Shown: positions 48,991-60,300, counted from the stretch's first letter. The stretch is DNA of 64,000 nucleotides from an uncultured Candidatus Rokubacteria bacterium (GCA_963771355.1 CAVYTA010000004.1:96001-160000), one strand, 5' to 3'. The notes: generated by a model not told the origin, from the letters alone. Translations and numbers: made by a program.

Positions 48991-49932
48991 CTAGAGGTCT
49001 ACTCGAGGCACGCGGCTCGCCTCGAGCGCGGCCTTCATGGTGGCGATCTCCTCCGCCGAGGGCGGGAGCACCGGTGGGCGCACCAGCGCGCTGCGGAAGA
49101 GGCCGCGCATGGCCATGCCCACCTTCATGCGCGCGTGCGCGTCGCCGGAGGGCTCGCCGGCGCCGTACACCGCTTCCTTGACGGGCCAGATCAGGTCGTT
49201 GAGCGCGCGGGCCCGCGTCAGGTCGTCGGCCTGCATGGCCTCCAGGAGCGCGTGGGTGAGCTCCGGAATGAGGCTCGCGCAGCCCACCAGCGTCCCGTCC
49301 AGGCGGTGCACGAAGGTGGGGAAGAGGTACTCGTCCATGCAGTTGAGGAGCGAGACGTGCGGCGCGTCGGCGCGAAGCGCGCGGATGTCCCGCTCGTACT
49401 TGCCGAGGTCGCGCTCGCCCATCTTGAAGCCCTTCACCTGGGGCAGGCCGGCCAGCCGGGTCATCAGCTTGGTGGAGTACGACGCCTTCGTGTTCGCCGG
49501 ATAGACATGGACGATGATGTCGAGCCCGCTCTCCGCGCCGATGGCCTTGAAATACTCGTAGACCGCGTCTTCCTTCACGCCGAAGCGCAGCCACATGTGA
49601 CACGGCATCACGTCCACGGTGTCGGCGCCGGCGTGGGCGGCGGCCTTGGCGTGCTCGATGGCCTCGAAAGTGCCCTCCGAGCACACCGCGGACACCACGC
49701 GCACCCGCCCCCGCACCGCCTCGGCGACCACGCGGGTGACCTCGGCGCGCTCCTCCGGGAGCAGCGACCCCACCTCGCCGGTATGGCCATTGGTCATGAC
49801 GGCGGTGACGCCCGGGCAGCCGGCCAACCAGCGGGCGAAGCGGGCGAGCCCGTCGCCGTCCAGCTTGAAGTCGTCGCGGAAGGGAATGGCCATCGCGGGG
49901 ATGACGCCGCGGAACGCCCGGTCACCGGTCAT
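48991..49932 (-). CDS. Dihydrodipicolinate synthase family aldolase/lyase
   Basis: GVIPA...PF, NGHTGE, GFKMG (Schiff-base Lys). Confidence 0.88.
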   Translation of the reverse strand: MTGDRAFRGVIPAMAIPFRDDFKLDGDGLARFARWLAGCPGVTAVMTNGHTGEVGSLLPEERAEVTRVVAEAVRGRVRVVSAVCSEGTFEAIEHAKAAAHAGADTVDVMPCHMWLRFGVKEDAVYEYFKAIGAESGLDIIVHVYPANTKASYSTKLMTRLAGLPQVKGFKMGERDLGKYERDIRALRADAPHVSLLNCMDEYLFPTFVHRLDGTLVGCASLIPELTHALLEAMQADDLTRARALNDLIWPVKEAVYGAGEPSGDAHARMKVGMAMRGLFRSALVRPPVLPPSAEEIATMKAALEASRVPRVDL

Positions 49933-50117
49933 CGGATGAGTCCTCCAGTCGAGACCCTACCCGAGAAGCCGGCAGGCGGTCAATGCGTTCACCGGTGTGA
50001 TCGCGCAGTGGTCAGCAAGCGTCAAATCCCGGCAGCATCCCTGCGCAGCAGTGGTAAGCTGGTGATGACCACGTCGCTAAGTCCTCTTCGTGTCGGCATT
50101 CTCTCGGCGCGTTCGAG

Positions 50118-50133
50118 TGGCACGACATCCGCA
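50118..50133 (+). promoter_or_regulatory. Putative sigma54 promoter
   Basis: TGGCACGACATCCGCA. Confidence 0.6.
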
Positions 50134-50162
50134 TAGCACTCGCGCATGGGAGATCTCAGATC

Positions 50163-50330
50163 ATGTCGACCGAGCTAGCCGCGTATGTGCTCTTGCTGTC
50201 CCTGCCGGTATGGCTCCTGGTGGAGCAGCTGATTCACCTCCGGACGGGGTATCGGAAAGAGCGGCCGAGGCGTGCCACAGAGGCGCCGAAGCTGCCCCTG
50301 CCCCAGGCCTTGCGTTCCGGCCAAAAATGA
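50163..50330 (+). CDS. 55-aa single-TM small protein (absent from the ORF track)
   Basis: MSTELAAYVLLLSLPVWLLVEQLIHLRTG..; GGGAG upstream; fills an intergenic gap. Confidence 0.6.
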   Translation: MSTELAAYVLLLSLPVWLLVEQLIHLRTGYRKERPRRATEAPKLPLPQALRSGQK

Positions 50331-50399
50331 TATGGTGTGGCCCTCCCCGGGGTGCCGCGGCGATCGAGCCGCCGCCGCGGGCGGGAAAGGAGGGCCGCC

Positions 50400-51577
50400 A
50401 TGGACCTGAACTACAACGCCGAGGAGCTCGCCTTCCGTGACGAGGTGCGGAGCTGGCTGCGCGGCAATCTCCCCGCCGAGCTCCGCCAGAAGGTGGAGAG
50501 CTACCAGGAGCTCTCCAAGGAGGACCTCCTCCGCTGGCACCGCATCCTCGCCGACAAGGGCTGGGTGGCGCCCGACTGGCCGAAGGAGTGGGGCGGCACC
50601 GACTGGACGGTGACCCAGCGGTACATCTTCGAGGAGGAGTGCGGCTTCGCGGCCACCCCGCCGCTGGTGGCCTTCAGCCTCCGCATGTGCGCGCCGGTGC
50701 TGCTGCGCTTCGGCACCGACGCGCAGAAGCAGCGCTTCCTGCCCCGCATCTACAAGGGCGAGGACTTCTGGTGCCAGGGCTATTCCGAGCCCGGCTCCGG
50801 CTCCGACCTCGCCTCGCTGAAGACGAAGGCGGTGAAGGACAACGGCCACTACGTGGTTACCGGCCAGAAGATCTGGACCACGCTCGCGCACTATGCCGAC
50901 TGGATCTTCTGCCTGGTACGCACCGACGCCTCCAAGGAGAAGCGGCAGGACGGCATCTCCTTCCTCCTCATCGACATGAAGACCCCCGGCATCACGGTGA
51001 GACCCATCATCTTGATGGACGGCGGGCACGAGACCAACGAGGTGTTCTTCGACGACGTGAAGGTGCCGGCGGAAAATCTCGTCCACGAAGAAGGCAAGGG
51101 CTGGACGGTGGCCAAGTACCTCCTCGGCTACGAGCGCATGGGCACCGGCCGCATCGGGGCCTCCAAGCGCGAGCTGGCCCGGCTCAAGGAGCTGGCCGCG
51201 CACCACACCAAGAACGGCAAGCCCATCCTCGACGACCCCCGCTTTCGCGACCGGCTCACCCGCGTGGAGGTGGAGCTGATGGCGCTGGAGATCACCAACC
51301 TGCGCTTCCTCGACCAGATGCGCCGCAGCGGCAAGCCCCCCGGCGCGGACGTCTCCATGCTCAAGATCAAGGGCACCGAGATCCAGCAGGCCATCACCGA
51401 GCTGATGATGCAGGCGGCCGGCCCGCTGGCCCAGGCTTATCGCCCGGTGGACGCCATGGACTTCGACCACTTCACCGCCCGGCTGGCCCCGCGCTACTGC
51501 AACATGCGCAAGGCGACGATCTACGCCGGCTCCAACGAGATCCAGCGGAACATCATTGCGAAGGCGACGCTCGGGCT

Positions 51578-51581
<4 letters not shown>
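50400..51581 (+). CDS. Acyl-CoA dehydrogenase (PimC-like large subunit)
   Basis: WCQGYSEPGSGSDLASL, GQKIWTT, IYAGSNEIQRNII. Confidence 0.92.
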
Positions 51582-52735
<1,154 letters not shown>

Positions 52736-52767
52736 CGGGGGCGCCGGGGGACGCGCCGGCGCCCCCG
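52736..52767. terminator. Perfect 12-bp hairpin between convergent ORFs
   Basis: CGGGGGCGCCGG-N8-CCGGCGCCCCCG. Confidence 0.5.
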
Positions 52768-52773
52768 GGCGCC

Positions 52774-52836
52774 CTACTTCTTCTTCTCCTTCTTCGGCTT
52801 TTTCTTCTCCTTCCGCATTCCAGTGCCCTTGGCCAT
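52774..52836 (-). CDS. 20-aa Lys-rich micro-protein
   Basis: MAKGTGMRKEKKKPKKEKKK*, preceded by AGGGGGTGA. Confidence 0.55.
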   Translation of the reverse strand: MAKGTGMRKEKKKPKKEKKK

Positions 52837-53067
52837 GAACTCACCCCCTCTCTCGCGCGCGGCGCGCGCGTCTGTCCGGGATTATAGGCCGCGATCCCGC
52901 GGCTTGACCAAGAAGTCATGGCGGTGACATCATCCCGCCACCGTTCCGAGGGCGCCGCCGCCGAAAAGGAGCCCGCCATGAAGGATTCCGCGCCCGACGA
53001 GGTGCCGCAGCGATAAGCGCGCGGTCGCTCGCGCTCCTCGCCGCCGGCCGTCTCGCTCGCCGCGCGG

Positions 53068-54501
53068 ATGGCGGCTGCCCATGGTGCGGGTGAGCGCTAC
53101 GATCTCCCGCTGCCGCTCGCCTACTTCGTGGCCGGCGCGGCGCTCACGGTGGCGCTGTCCTTCGCCGCCGCCGCGGGCGCCGCCCGCGCGGCGCCGCGCC
53201 CGGCCTCCGGCGCCGGGCGCGTCATTCCCCTGGGTCGATTCCTCGCGCGGTTGCGTCCGGTCGCCCGGCTCGTCGGGCTCGGGCTGTTCGTCCTGGTGAT
53301 CGCGGCGGGTCTCCTGGGCGATCCGCACCCCCTGAAGAATCTCGCGCCCACCCTCGTCTGGATCATCTGGTGGGTGGGGCTCTCCCTGGTGACGGCCTGC
53401 GCGGGCAATGTGTGGCCCGTGCTCGACCCCTGGCGCACCCTCTTCGACGGGGCGGACGCGCTGGCGCGCCGCCTACGAGGCGGCCGCGGCCTCGCGCTCG
53501 GATTGCCGTACCCGGCCCGGGCCGGGGTGTGGCCGGCCGCCGCGCTCTTGCTCCTCTTCGTCTGGCTCGAGGTGATCTTTCCGGACGCCTCGGTGCCCTC
53601 GCGCATTGCTGGCCTCGGGCTGGCCTGGACGGTGGTGACGCTCACCGGCATGGTCTGCTTCGGCGCGGACACCTGGCAGCGGAATGTCGACGTCTTCGCC
53701 GTGTACTTCGCGACGCTGGGCCGCTTCGCGCCGCTGGCGCCGGGACCCGATGGGCGCAGCCTGATCCTGCGCCTCCCGGGCCGCGGGTTGATGGCGCCGG
53801 AGCCCGTGCCCGCGGGCCTGATCGGCTTCGTCATCGCCATGCTGGCCACGGTGCTCTTCGACGGGATGCTCGGGACGCGGGCGTGGCGGGCGCTCGACCG
53901 CACGCTGAGCGAGGGGCTCGCCCGCGTGGCGGATCGCGAGGGATATCTGCTCGCCACCGCCGGGTTGCTCGCGGTGTGGCTGGTCTTGCTGGGCGCCTAT
54001 CTGGCCACCGCCTGGCTCACCTCCCGGCTCGCCGGCGTGGGCTCGGCCGCCGCCACCGCGCGACTCCTGGCGCCGAGCCTCGTCCCCATCGCGACCGCGT
54101 ACCACGTCGCCCACAACCTCTCCTACCTGCTGCTCGAGGGGCAGGAGCTGATCCCGCTTCTGTCCGATCCCCTCGGGCGCGGCTGGGATCTCCTGGGCAC
54201 CGCGACGTGGAGCCCCGACGTCACCCTGGTGGGCTCGCGCTTCACCTGGTACGCGGCGGTGGGCGCCATCGTCACGGGGCATGTGATCTCGGTGTGGCTG
54301 GCCCATCGTGTCGCCCTGCGCGAGTGGAGCCCGCCGCGGCGGGCGCGGCGCGCGTCGCTTCCGCTCACCGCGCTGATGGTCGTCTATACCGCGCTGAGCC
54401 TGTGGGTGATCGCGGACCCGCTGGTGCGCTTCCGGGAGCCGGATGCTTCCGACTCCCGGCTTCCGCTTCCACCGTCGCCTATGCCTCGTACTCTTGGGTG
54501 A
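53068..54501 (+). CDS. Polytopic membrane protein of unknown function; start uncertain
   Basis: AHG..RYDLPLP, GNVWPVLDPW, SLVPIA.AYHVAH, LSDPLG.GWDL.G. Confidence 0.8.
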   Translation: MAAAHGAGERYDLPLPLAYFVAGAALTVALSFAAAAGAARAAPRPASGAGRVIPLGRFLARLRPVARLVGLGLFVLVIAAGLLGDPHPLKNLAPTLVWIIWWVGLSLVTACAGNVWPVLDPWRTLFDGADALARRLRGGRGLALGLPYPARAGVWPAAALLLLFVWLEVIFPDASVPSRIAGLGLAWTVVTLTGMVCFGADTWQRNVDVFAVYFATLGRFAPLAPGPDGRSLILRLPGRGLMAPEPVPAGLIGFVIAMLATVLFDGMLGTRAWRALDRTLSEGLARVADREGYLLATAGLLAVWLVLLGAYLATAWLTSRLAGVGSAAATARLLAPSLVPIATAYHVAHNLSYLLLEGQELIPLLSDPLGRGWDLLGTATWSPDVTLVGSRFTWYAAVGAIVTGHVISVWLAHRVALREWSPPRRARRASLPLTALMVVYTALSLWVIADPLVRFREPDASDSRLPLPPSPMPRTLG

Positions 54502-54667
54502 CCTCGATCGAAGCCTCACCCTCGTCGTCGAGGGTCAGTGTGATCAGGTTGGGCCGGCAGCATACCGTGCAATCCTCCGTGAACGTCTGCCGGGGGCCCC
54601 CGCTCGGATCCACCGTCAGGTCGTTCTCCTCTCCGCAGAACGCGCACCCGTAGGTCACGCCCCGCAT
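54479..54667 (-). CDS. CPXCG-motif cysteine-rich protein
   Basis: CAFCGE..VDPSGG..EDCTVCCRP. Confidence 0.85.
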   Translation of the reverse strand: MRGVTYGCAFCGEENDLTVDPSGGPRQTFTEDCTVCCRPNLITLTLDDEGEASIEVTQEYEA

Positions 54668-54815
54668 TCTACGCGGGAATGTGTCATGATGGCCCTGTCT
54701 GGCCCGGCCGTCGGTTCCTCGTGGGACCCCCACCCTCCCAGATCACGACTCCGCAGCCAACTTCCGCGATCCGGAGCGTGTCCCCAACCGCGGGAGATCG
54801 ATCCGGAGGCAAGTC

Positions 54816-55151
54816 ATGGCACACAAGCTCTTCATCGGAGGCCTGGCGTTCTCGACATCCACCGAGCGTCTGCGCGAGGTGTTCGCTCAAGCCGGAGCCG
54901 TCGAGTCGGCCGCGGTGGTGACCGACCGTGACACCGGGAACTCGCGGGGATTCGGCTTCGTCGAGATGGCGTCGGCGGAAGCGGCGGCCGAGGCGGTCAA
55001 GCTGCTCAATGGCAAGGAAGTGGACGGCCGCACGCTGAAAGTGGAGCTGGCCAATTCCGCGGGGGCGGGCGGAGGTCGGAGCGGCGGCGGGGGCGGGTAT
55101 CGGAGCCGCGGCGGGAGCGGCGGCAGCGGTAGCAGCGGCGGCCGCTGGTAG
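54816..55151 (+). CDS. RRM RNA-binding protein with Gly-rich tail
   Basis: RNP2 LFIGGL, RNP1 RGFGFVEM. Confidence 0.94.
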   Translation: MAHKLFIGGLAFSTSTERLREVFAQAGAVESAAVVTDRDTGNSRGFGFVEMASAEAAAEAVKLLNGKEVDGRTLKVELANSAGAGGGRSGGGGGYRSRGGSGGSGSSGGRW

Positions 55152-55172
55152 GCAGTCCCCTCGGCGTCCGCC

Positions 55173-57917
55173 TCAGCCGGTGTTCCGGAGTCCCGCCGCG
55201 ATCCCGTTGACGGTGAGGACGATCACCTCGCGCAGCGCCTCCCCCTCGGGACCTTCCGGGTCCGGGAGGGCGCGCAACCGGCGCAGCATCTCGACCTGGA
55301 GATAGTTGAGCGGATCCACGTAGGGATTCCGCAGCTCGATGGACCGCTGGATGACGGGCTCACCGTCCATCAGCGCGCGATGCCCGGTGATGGCGAGGAT
55401 GGCCTCGCGGGCGCGCCGGTGCTCCGCCTCGATGCGGGCGAAGAGTGCCGCCGCGCGGGGGCGCTCGGGATCGAGGCCGACGTAGAGGGTGGCAATACCG
55501 AGATCGGCCTTGAGCAGCGACATCTCCGCATTGTCGAGGAGGGCCCGGAAGAAGGGCCAGCGGCGGTGCATCTCGCGCAGGAGATCGGGCGGGGCCCCGC
55601 CCTCCGCCAGCGCGGCGCCCAGCCCGAACCAGCCGGGGAGATTGAAGCGGCTCTGCATCCAGGAAAACACCCAGGGAATGGCGCGTACCTGCGCAATCTC
55701 CAGGGTGGCGCCCCGGCGCGTGGCAGGCCGTGAGCCCAGGCGCAGCCGGCTGATCTCGTCGATGGGCGTGACCGCGCGCCAGAATTCCACGAAGCCCGGC
55801 GCCTCGACCAGGGACCGGTAGGACGTTCGCGCCGCTTCCGCCATCGCCTCCATGGCCCGGCGCCACTCCTCTGGAGCGCCGGGGAACGCGCCGGGCTCCT
55901 CCCCGCCGGTCGCGGAGGGCCCGGCCCCGGCAGGCGACGACGCCTCCAGCACCGCGCTCACGATCTGCTCGAGATGGCGGTGCGCCAGCGCGGGGTCACC
56001 GTAGCGGGCCGCGAGCACCTCGCCCTGCTCGGTGAGCCGGAAGCGCCCGCCGACGGTGCCCGGCGGCTGCGCGCGAATGGCCCGCCCCGCGGGGCCGCCG
56101 CCCCGGGCCACCGTCCCGCCGCGCCCGTGGAAGAGGGTGAGCGGCACGCCCCGCGCGGCGCAGACCCGGACGATCTCCTCCTGGGCGCGGTAGAGGGCCC
56201 AGTTCGCGGCGAGGTAGCCGCCGTCCTTGTTGCTGTCCGAGTACCCGATCATCACCGTCTGCTGCCCGCCCGCGCGCGCGAGGTGCTCGCGGTAGAGGGG
56301 AAAGCCGAAGAGATCGTCCAGGATGCGCGGGGCGGCCTCCAGGTCGCCCAAGGTCTCGAAGAGCGGCACGATCTCGAGTCCCGCCTCGCCGCCCGCCCAG
56401 CGAGCGAGGAGGAGCACCGTGAGGAGATCGGCGGGCCCGCGGGTCATGGAGATGATGAAGGGCCCCAGGAGCTCCGGCCCGTAGACGGCGCGCGCGCGGG
56501 CGAGGAGCCGGAAGAGCGCCCACGTCTCCGCGGTCTCCGGAGAGAGCGCCAGGCTCGCAGGTGTCTCCGGCACGGGCCCGGCCAGGAGCCGGAGCAAGGT
56601 CTCGGTGCGAGCGCGATCGTCGCCCTCGGCGAATCCGGCGCCGAGCCCGAGCGCGCTCAGCAATTCGCCGAGCGCCGCGGCCAGGCGCGAGGACTCTTCC
56701 CGGACGTCGAGCCGAGCCGCGTGGAGGCCGAACGCCTCGATCTGGAGGCGCACGGTCCACAGCCGGTCACGGGCCAGCGCGGGCGGCAGCGCGGAGGCGA
56801 TGAGATCCAGCGGCCGGGTGAGATCGGCGAGGCTCACGCGCGCGGCGTGGGGCGTCGCCTCGAGGAGGCGCGCGGTCATGTCTTCGCGCGCGGCCGCCTC
56901 CAGATCGGCGGCGAGCAGCGCGAGGACGAGGCGGTAGGGCTCGTCCGTATAGCGCGCGTCGAGATAGGCGGCGCGCGCGGGGAGGGGCCGCCGCGCGGCC
57001 AGCCAGGCCTCGAGGGCGGGCGGCGGCGGCACCCGGCGCGCGCTGAGCGAGAGGCGGCGCGCGAGATCCTGGAGCGACCGGCGATGCCGCTCCAGCGCGA
57101 GCCCGCGGTGCAGGCGCAATGTCTCCGCAGTGATGTCGGCGGTGACGCCGGGATTGCCGTCGCGATCCCCCCCGATCCAGGAGGCGAGCGTGAGCCAGCG
57201 CGGGGGAGCGGCGAGCCCCGGATAGTGCCGGCCCAGCGCGCTCTCGAGGTCCCGGGAGAGCCTCGGCAGCGCCTCCCAGAAGATGTCCTCCACGAAATAG
57301 AGCCCCGTGCGGACCTCGTCGGTGACGGCAGGGCGGACCGTTCGCGCGCGGCCGGTGAGCCAGAGCGCGGTGATCTCGCTGCGGATGACGCCCACGTGCT
57401 CCTCCCGCTCGCGGGGGAGCACATCGGCGCGGTGCAGCGCGTGAAGCGACTCGCCGACGCGCCGGAGCTTGGCCAGTATCGTGCGCCGCTTGGCCTCGGT
57501 CGGATGCGCGGTGAGCACCAGCTCGATGGTGAGGCGGTCCAGCAGCGCGCGCATCGCCGCTTCCCCGACGCCGCGCGCCTTGAGCAGGCCCACCGCTTCC
57601 GCCACGCTCTCGGGCGGGGACGCCGGATGCTGCGCGCGCTCCCGGTCGCGGAGCGCGGCCACGCGCTGCGCCTCTTCGGCCAGGTTGACGAGATCGAAGT
57701 AGAGCGTGAAGGCGGCGGCCACGCCCCGCGCGGCCAGCGGCGGCAGCGCCGCCACCTCGGCGGCGAGTCCCTCCGCCGCGCCCGCCACGCCCGCGCGCCG
57801 GTCCTTGGCGCGCGCACGGATGCGCTCCTCCACCTCGAAGAGGGCGGGGCTTTCCTGCTCCGTGAGCACCTCGCCGAGGAGCGTGCCGAGGAGGTGGATA
57901 CTCGCCGAGAGGTCCAT
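55173..57917 (-). CDS. ppc: Phosphoenolpyruvate carboxylase
   Basis: VLTAHPT, GGDRDGNP, MIGYSDSNKDGG, FHGRGG.VARGG, RAIPWVF, GLRNTG. Confidence 0.97.
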   Translation of the reverse strand: MDLSASIHLLGTLLGEVLTEQESPALFEVEERIRARAKDRRAGVAGAAEGLAAEVAALPPLAARGVAAAFTLYFDLVNLAEEAQRVAALRDRERAQHPASPPESVAEAVGLLKARGVGEAAMRALLDRLTIELVLTAHPTEAKRRTILAKLRRVGESLHALHRADVLPREREEHVGVIRSEITALWLTGRARTVRPAVTDEVRTGLYFVEDIFWEALPRLSRDLESALGRHYPGLAAPPRWLTLASWIGGDRDGNPGVTADITAETLRLHRGLALERHRRSLQDLARRLSLSARRVPPPPALEAWLAARRPLPARAAYLDARYTDEPYRLVLALLAADLEAAAREDMTARLLEATPHAARVSLADLTRPLDLIASALPPALARDRLWTVRLQIEAFGLHAARLDVREESSRLAAALGELLSALGLGAGFAEGDDRARTETLLRLLAGPVPETPASLALSPETAETWALFRLLARARAVYGPELLGPFIISMTRGPADLLTVLLLARWAGGEAGLEIVPLFETLGDLEAAPRILDDLFGFPLYREHLARAGGQQTVMIGYSDSNKDGGYLAANWALYRAQEEIVRVCAARGVPLTLFHGRGGTVARGGGPAGRAIRAQPPGTVGGRFRLTEQGEVLAARYGDPALAHRHLEQIVSAVLEASSPAGAGPSATGGEEPGAFPGAPEEWRRAMEAMAEAARTSYRSLVEAPGFVEFWRAVTPIDEISRLRLGSRPATRRGATLEIAQVRAIPWVFSWMQSRFNLPGWFGLGAALAEGGAPPDLLREMHRRWPFFRALLDNAEMSLLKADLGIATLYVGLDPERPRAAALFARIEAEHRRAREAILAITGHRALMDGEPVIQRSIELRNPYVDPLNYLQVEMLRRLRALPDPEGPEGEALREVIVLTVNGIAAGLRNTG

Positions 57918-58003
57918 GCCGCCGCTTGTCGCTCCTCTCACACTCCGTGGCAGTCGCGCGGGCGGGGCGGTGTCTAACTACCGATGGCCATTGCCCAGTT
58001 CGT

Positions 58004-58019
58004 TGGCACGTCGGTTGCT
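58004..58019 (+). promoter_or_regulatory. Sigma54 promoter
   Basis: TGGCACGTCGGTTGCT, an exact TGGCACG-N4-TTGCW match. Confidence 0.8.
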
Positions 58020-58065
58020 CTAGAGGAGCTTCGGGCAGTGTACGCCATTGGCCCGGGAGGAGACC

Positions 58066-59103
58066 ATGGGCATCCTGAGCTTCGCGAAGAAACAGCTCAT
58101 CGACATCCTGCAGTGGACCGAGGGTGGCGACGACCTCCTCGCCTGGCGCTTCCCGACCGCCGATCTCGAGATCCAGCAGGGCGCCCGGCTCGTGGTGCGC
58201 GAGACGCAGAAGGCGCTGTTCGTGGATCAGGGGCACGTGGCCGACCTCTTCGATCCCGGCACCTACACGATCAAGACCGCGAACCTGCCCGTGCTCACCG
58301 ACCTCCGGCACTGGGACAAGCTCTTCGAGTCGCCGTTCAAGAGCGAGGTGTACTTCTTCTCGACGCGGCTCCGGCTCAACCAGACCTGGGGCACCGCCAA
58401 CCCGCTCGCGATCCGCGACCGCGAGTTCGGCGCGGTGCGGGTGCGCGGCTTCGGCGTGTACAGCTATCGCATCAACGATGCCTCCGTGTTCTTCCGGAAC
58501 ATCTCCGGCACGCGCGAAACTTACGCGGTGGCCGAGCTCGAGGGCCAGCTCCGCAGCACGCTGATCACCACGCTGACCACCCACCTCGGCGAGAGCCAGG
58601 TCCCCTTCCTCGACATGGCCGCCAACAGCGACGCGCTGGGGCGCGCGGTGCTGCAGAAGGCGCGGCCGGCCTTCGCCGCGCTGGGTCTGGGGCTCGAGGA
58701 CTTCCAGATCCAGAACGTGTCGCTGCCCGAGGAGCTGCAGAAGCGCCTCGACGAGCGCATCGGCATGGGCATCGTGGGCGATCTCTCGCGCTATACCCAA
58801 TTCCAGGTGGCCCAGTCCATTCCCACCGCAGCGGCGGCGCCGGGCGGGGCGGCGGGCGCCGGCGTGGGGCTGGGCGCGGGTATCGCCATGGGCCAGGCCA
58901 TGTCCCACGGCATCCAGCTGGCTCAGGCGGGGCAGGCGCAGGCCCGGCGAGGGGAGTCGCCCTCCGGGACGGCGGCGGTCCAGGGCGGCGCCGGCATCAC
59001 GCCGGCCGCGCCCGGCGCGGTGGGCAGCGTCTGCCCTCGCTGCCAGACGCGACTCGACAAGCCCAGCAAGTTCTGCCCCGAGTGCGGGGCGCCGCTGGGT
59101 TAA
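58066..59103 (+). CDS. SPFH/band-7 domain protein (YdjI-like) with C-terminal zinc ribbon
   Basis: LVVRETQ.ALFV..G, SPFKSEVYF, WGT..P...RD, SLPEE, CPRC..KFCPECG. Confidence 0.9.
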   Translation: MGILSFAKKQLIDILQWTEGGDDLLAWRFPTADLEIQQGARLVVRETQKALFVDQGHVADLFDPGTYTIKTANLPVLTDLRHWDKLFESPFKSEVYFFSTRLRLNQTWGTANPLAIRDREFGAVRVRGFGVYSYRINDASVFFRNISGTRETYAVAELEGQLRSTLITTLTTHLGESQVPFLDMAANSDALGRAVLQKARPAFAALGLGLEDFQIQNVSLPEELQKRLDERIGMGIVGDLSRYTQFQVAQSIPTAAAAPGGAAGAGVGLGAGIAMGQAMSHGIQLAQAGQAQARRGESPSGTAAVQGGAGITPAAPGAVGSVCPRCQTRLDKPSKFCPECGAPLG

Positions 59104-59130
59104 CCCGCCCCGCCGGCCGCGCGCAACCGC

Positions 59131-59889
59131 ATGAACTGTCCCGGCTGCAGCGGAGAGATGTCGTCGAAAGTGTACGAGGGCAAGTACGTCGGCTCCATCA
59201 CCCTCGACCTCTGCCACGGCTGCTCTGCCCTCTGGTTCGACGGCCTCGAGAGCCTCGGGTTGTCGCCGGGCTCCATCCTCGAGCTTCTCGTGGTGATGAA
59301 CGACAACCGCCCCGCCACGCGCAACCCGCTGGGGGATAACCTCGCCTGTCCCCACTGCCACGGGCGCCTCGTGCGCACCGTCAACATGCAGCGGACCACC
59401 CGCTTCACCTACTGGCGCTGTCCGGGGGACCACGGGCACTTCATCACCTTCTTCGAGTTCCTGCGGGAGAAGAACTTCGTTCGCCCGCTCAGCCCCGTCG
59501 AGATCGAGGAGCTGAAGCAGAACATTCGCACCGTCACCTGCTCGAGCTGCGGGGCGCCGGTGGACCTCGATACCGGGGCGGGGTGTCCGTACTGCCGGGC
59601 GCCGCTCTCCATGCTCGACGCCAAGCAGCTCGACACCGTGGTGGCCGCGCTCAAGCGCGAGGAGGCCCTTCGCGACGACGCGGCGCGGCGGGGGCTCGAT
59701 GGGCCGCTCGCGGTGCGGCTCCTGCAGGATCGCGTCTCCGTGAGCCGCGAGTTCCGGAAGATGGAGCCGGGGGCGCTACACCTCGATCTCGCCACCGGGC
59801 TGTCGGGCGGTGTCCCCGGTGTGCTCTCGGCCGGGATCGTGGAGGCGGGCGTGGCCGCGCTCTGCGCGCTCCTCAAATCGGGCGACTGA
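59131..59889 (+). CDS. Multi zinc-ribbon protein (TFIIB-type zinc finger)
   Basis: CPGC..CHGC..WFD..E, CPHC..C..DHG, CSSCG..CPYC. Confidence 0.85.
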   Translation: MNCPGCSGEMSSKVYEGKYVGSITLDLCHGCSALWFDGLESLGLSPGSILELLVVMNDNRPATRNPLGDNLACPHCHGRLVRTVNMQRTTRFTYWRCPGDHGHFITFFEFLREKNFVRPLSPVEIEELKQNIRTVTCSSCGAPVDLDTGAGCPYCRAPLSMLDAKQLDTVVAALKREEALRDDAARRGLDGPLAVRLLQDRVSVSREFRKMEPGALHLDLATGLSGGVPGVLSAGIVEAGVAALCALLKSGD

Positions 59890-59956
59890 ACCCGCCTCCG
59901 AAACCTCCGCCGAAACCATCCGGCAGCGCAGGCCAGGATGTGTCATGATGTGGGTG

Positions 59957-60175
59957 ATGCAAGTCCTGGCCTTCTGCACCCCCGCGAATACCTCCTGGCG
60001 CTGGCGTATCGTCAGTTATTCCGGTGATGTCGTGGAGGAGTCACACCAGGTCTTCCCGACCATCGCGACCGCGGTGGCCCAAGGCGCGAAGCGCCTCGTG
60101 GAGATGAACGTCGTCGATCGTACCGTCGCCGCTCCCGGCTACCGCTCCACCCGGCATCTGCGTCGCCCGTCCTGA
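59957..60175 (+). CDS. Small hypothetical protein
   Basis: WRWRIV...G.VVEES..FPTIA.AV..G; coding-like codon usage. Confidence 0.7.
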   Translation: MQVLAFCTPANTSWRWRIVSYSGDVVEESHQVFPTIATAVAQGAKRLVEMNVVDRTVAAPGYRSTRHLRRPS

Positions 60176-60300
60176 CCGCGCCTCCTGAGCGTCGGTCCTG
60201 CCCGGCGTCCATTCTGGTAACTACGCGCCCATCCTGCTCGAGCCACATGCTTTCCCGCCACGAGCCGCTCGCGGCCCGGGATGCGCAAGGCGTCCCTCCC

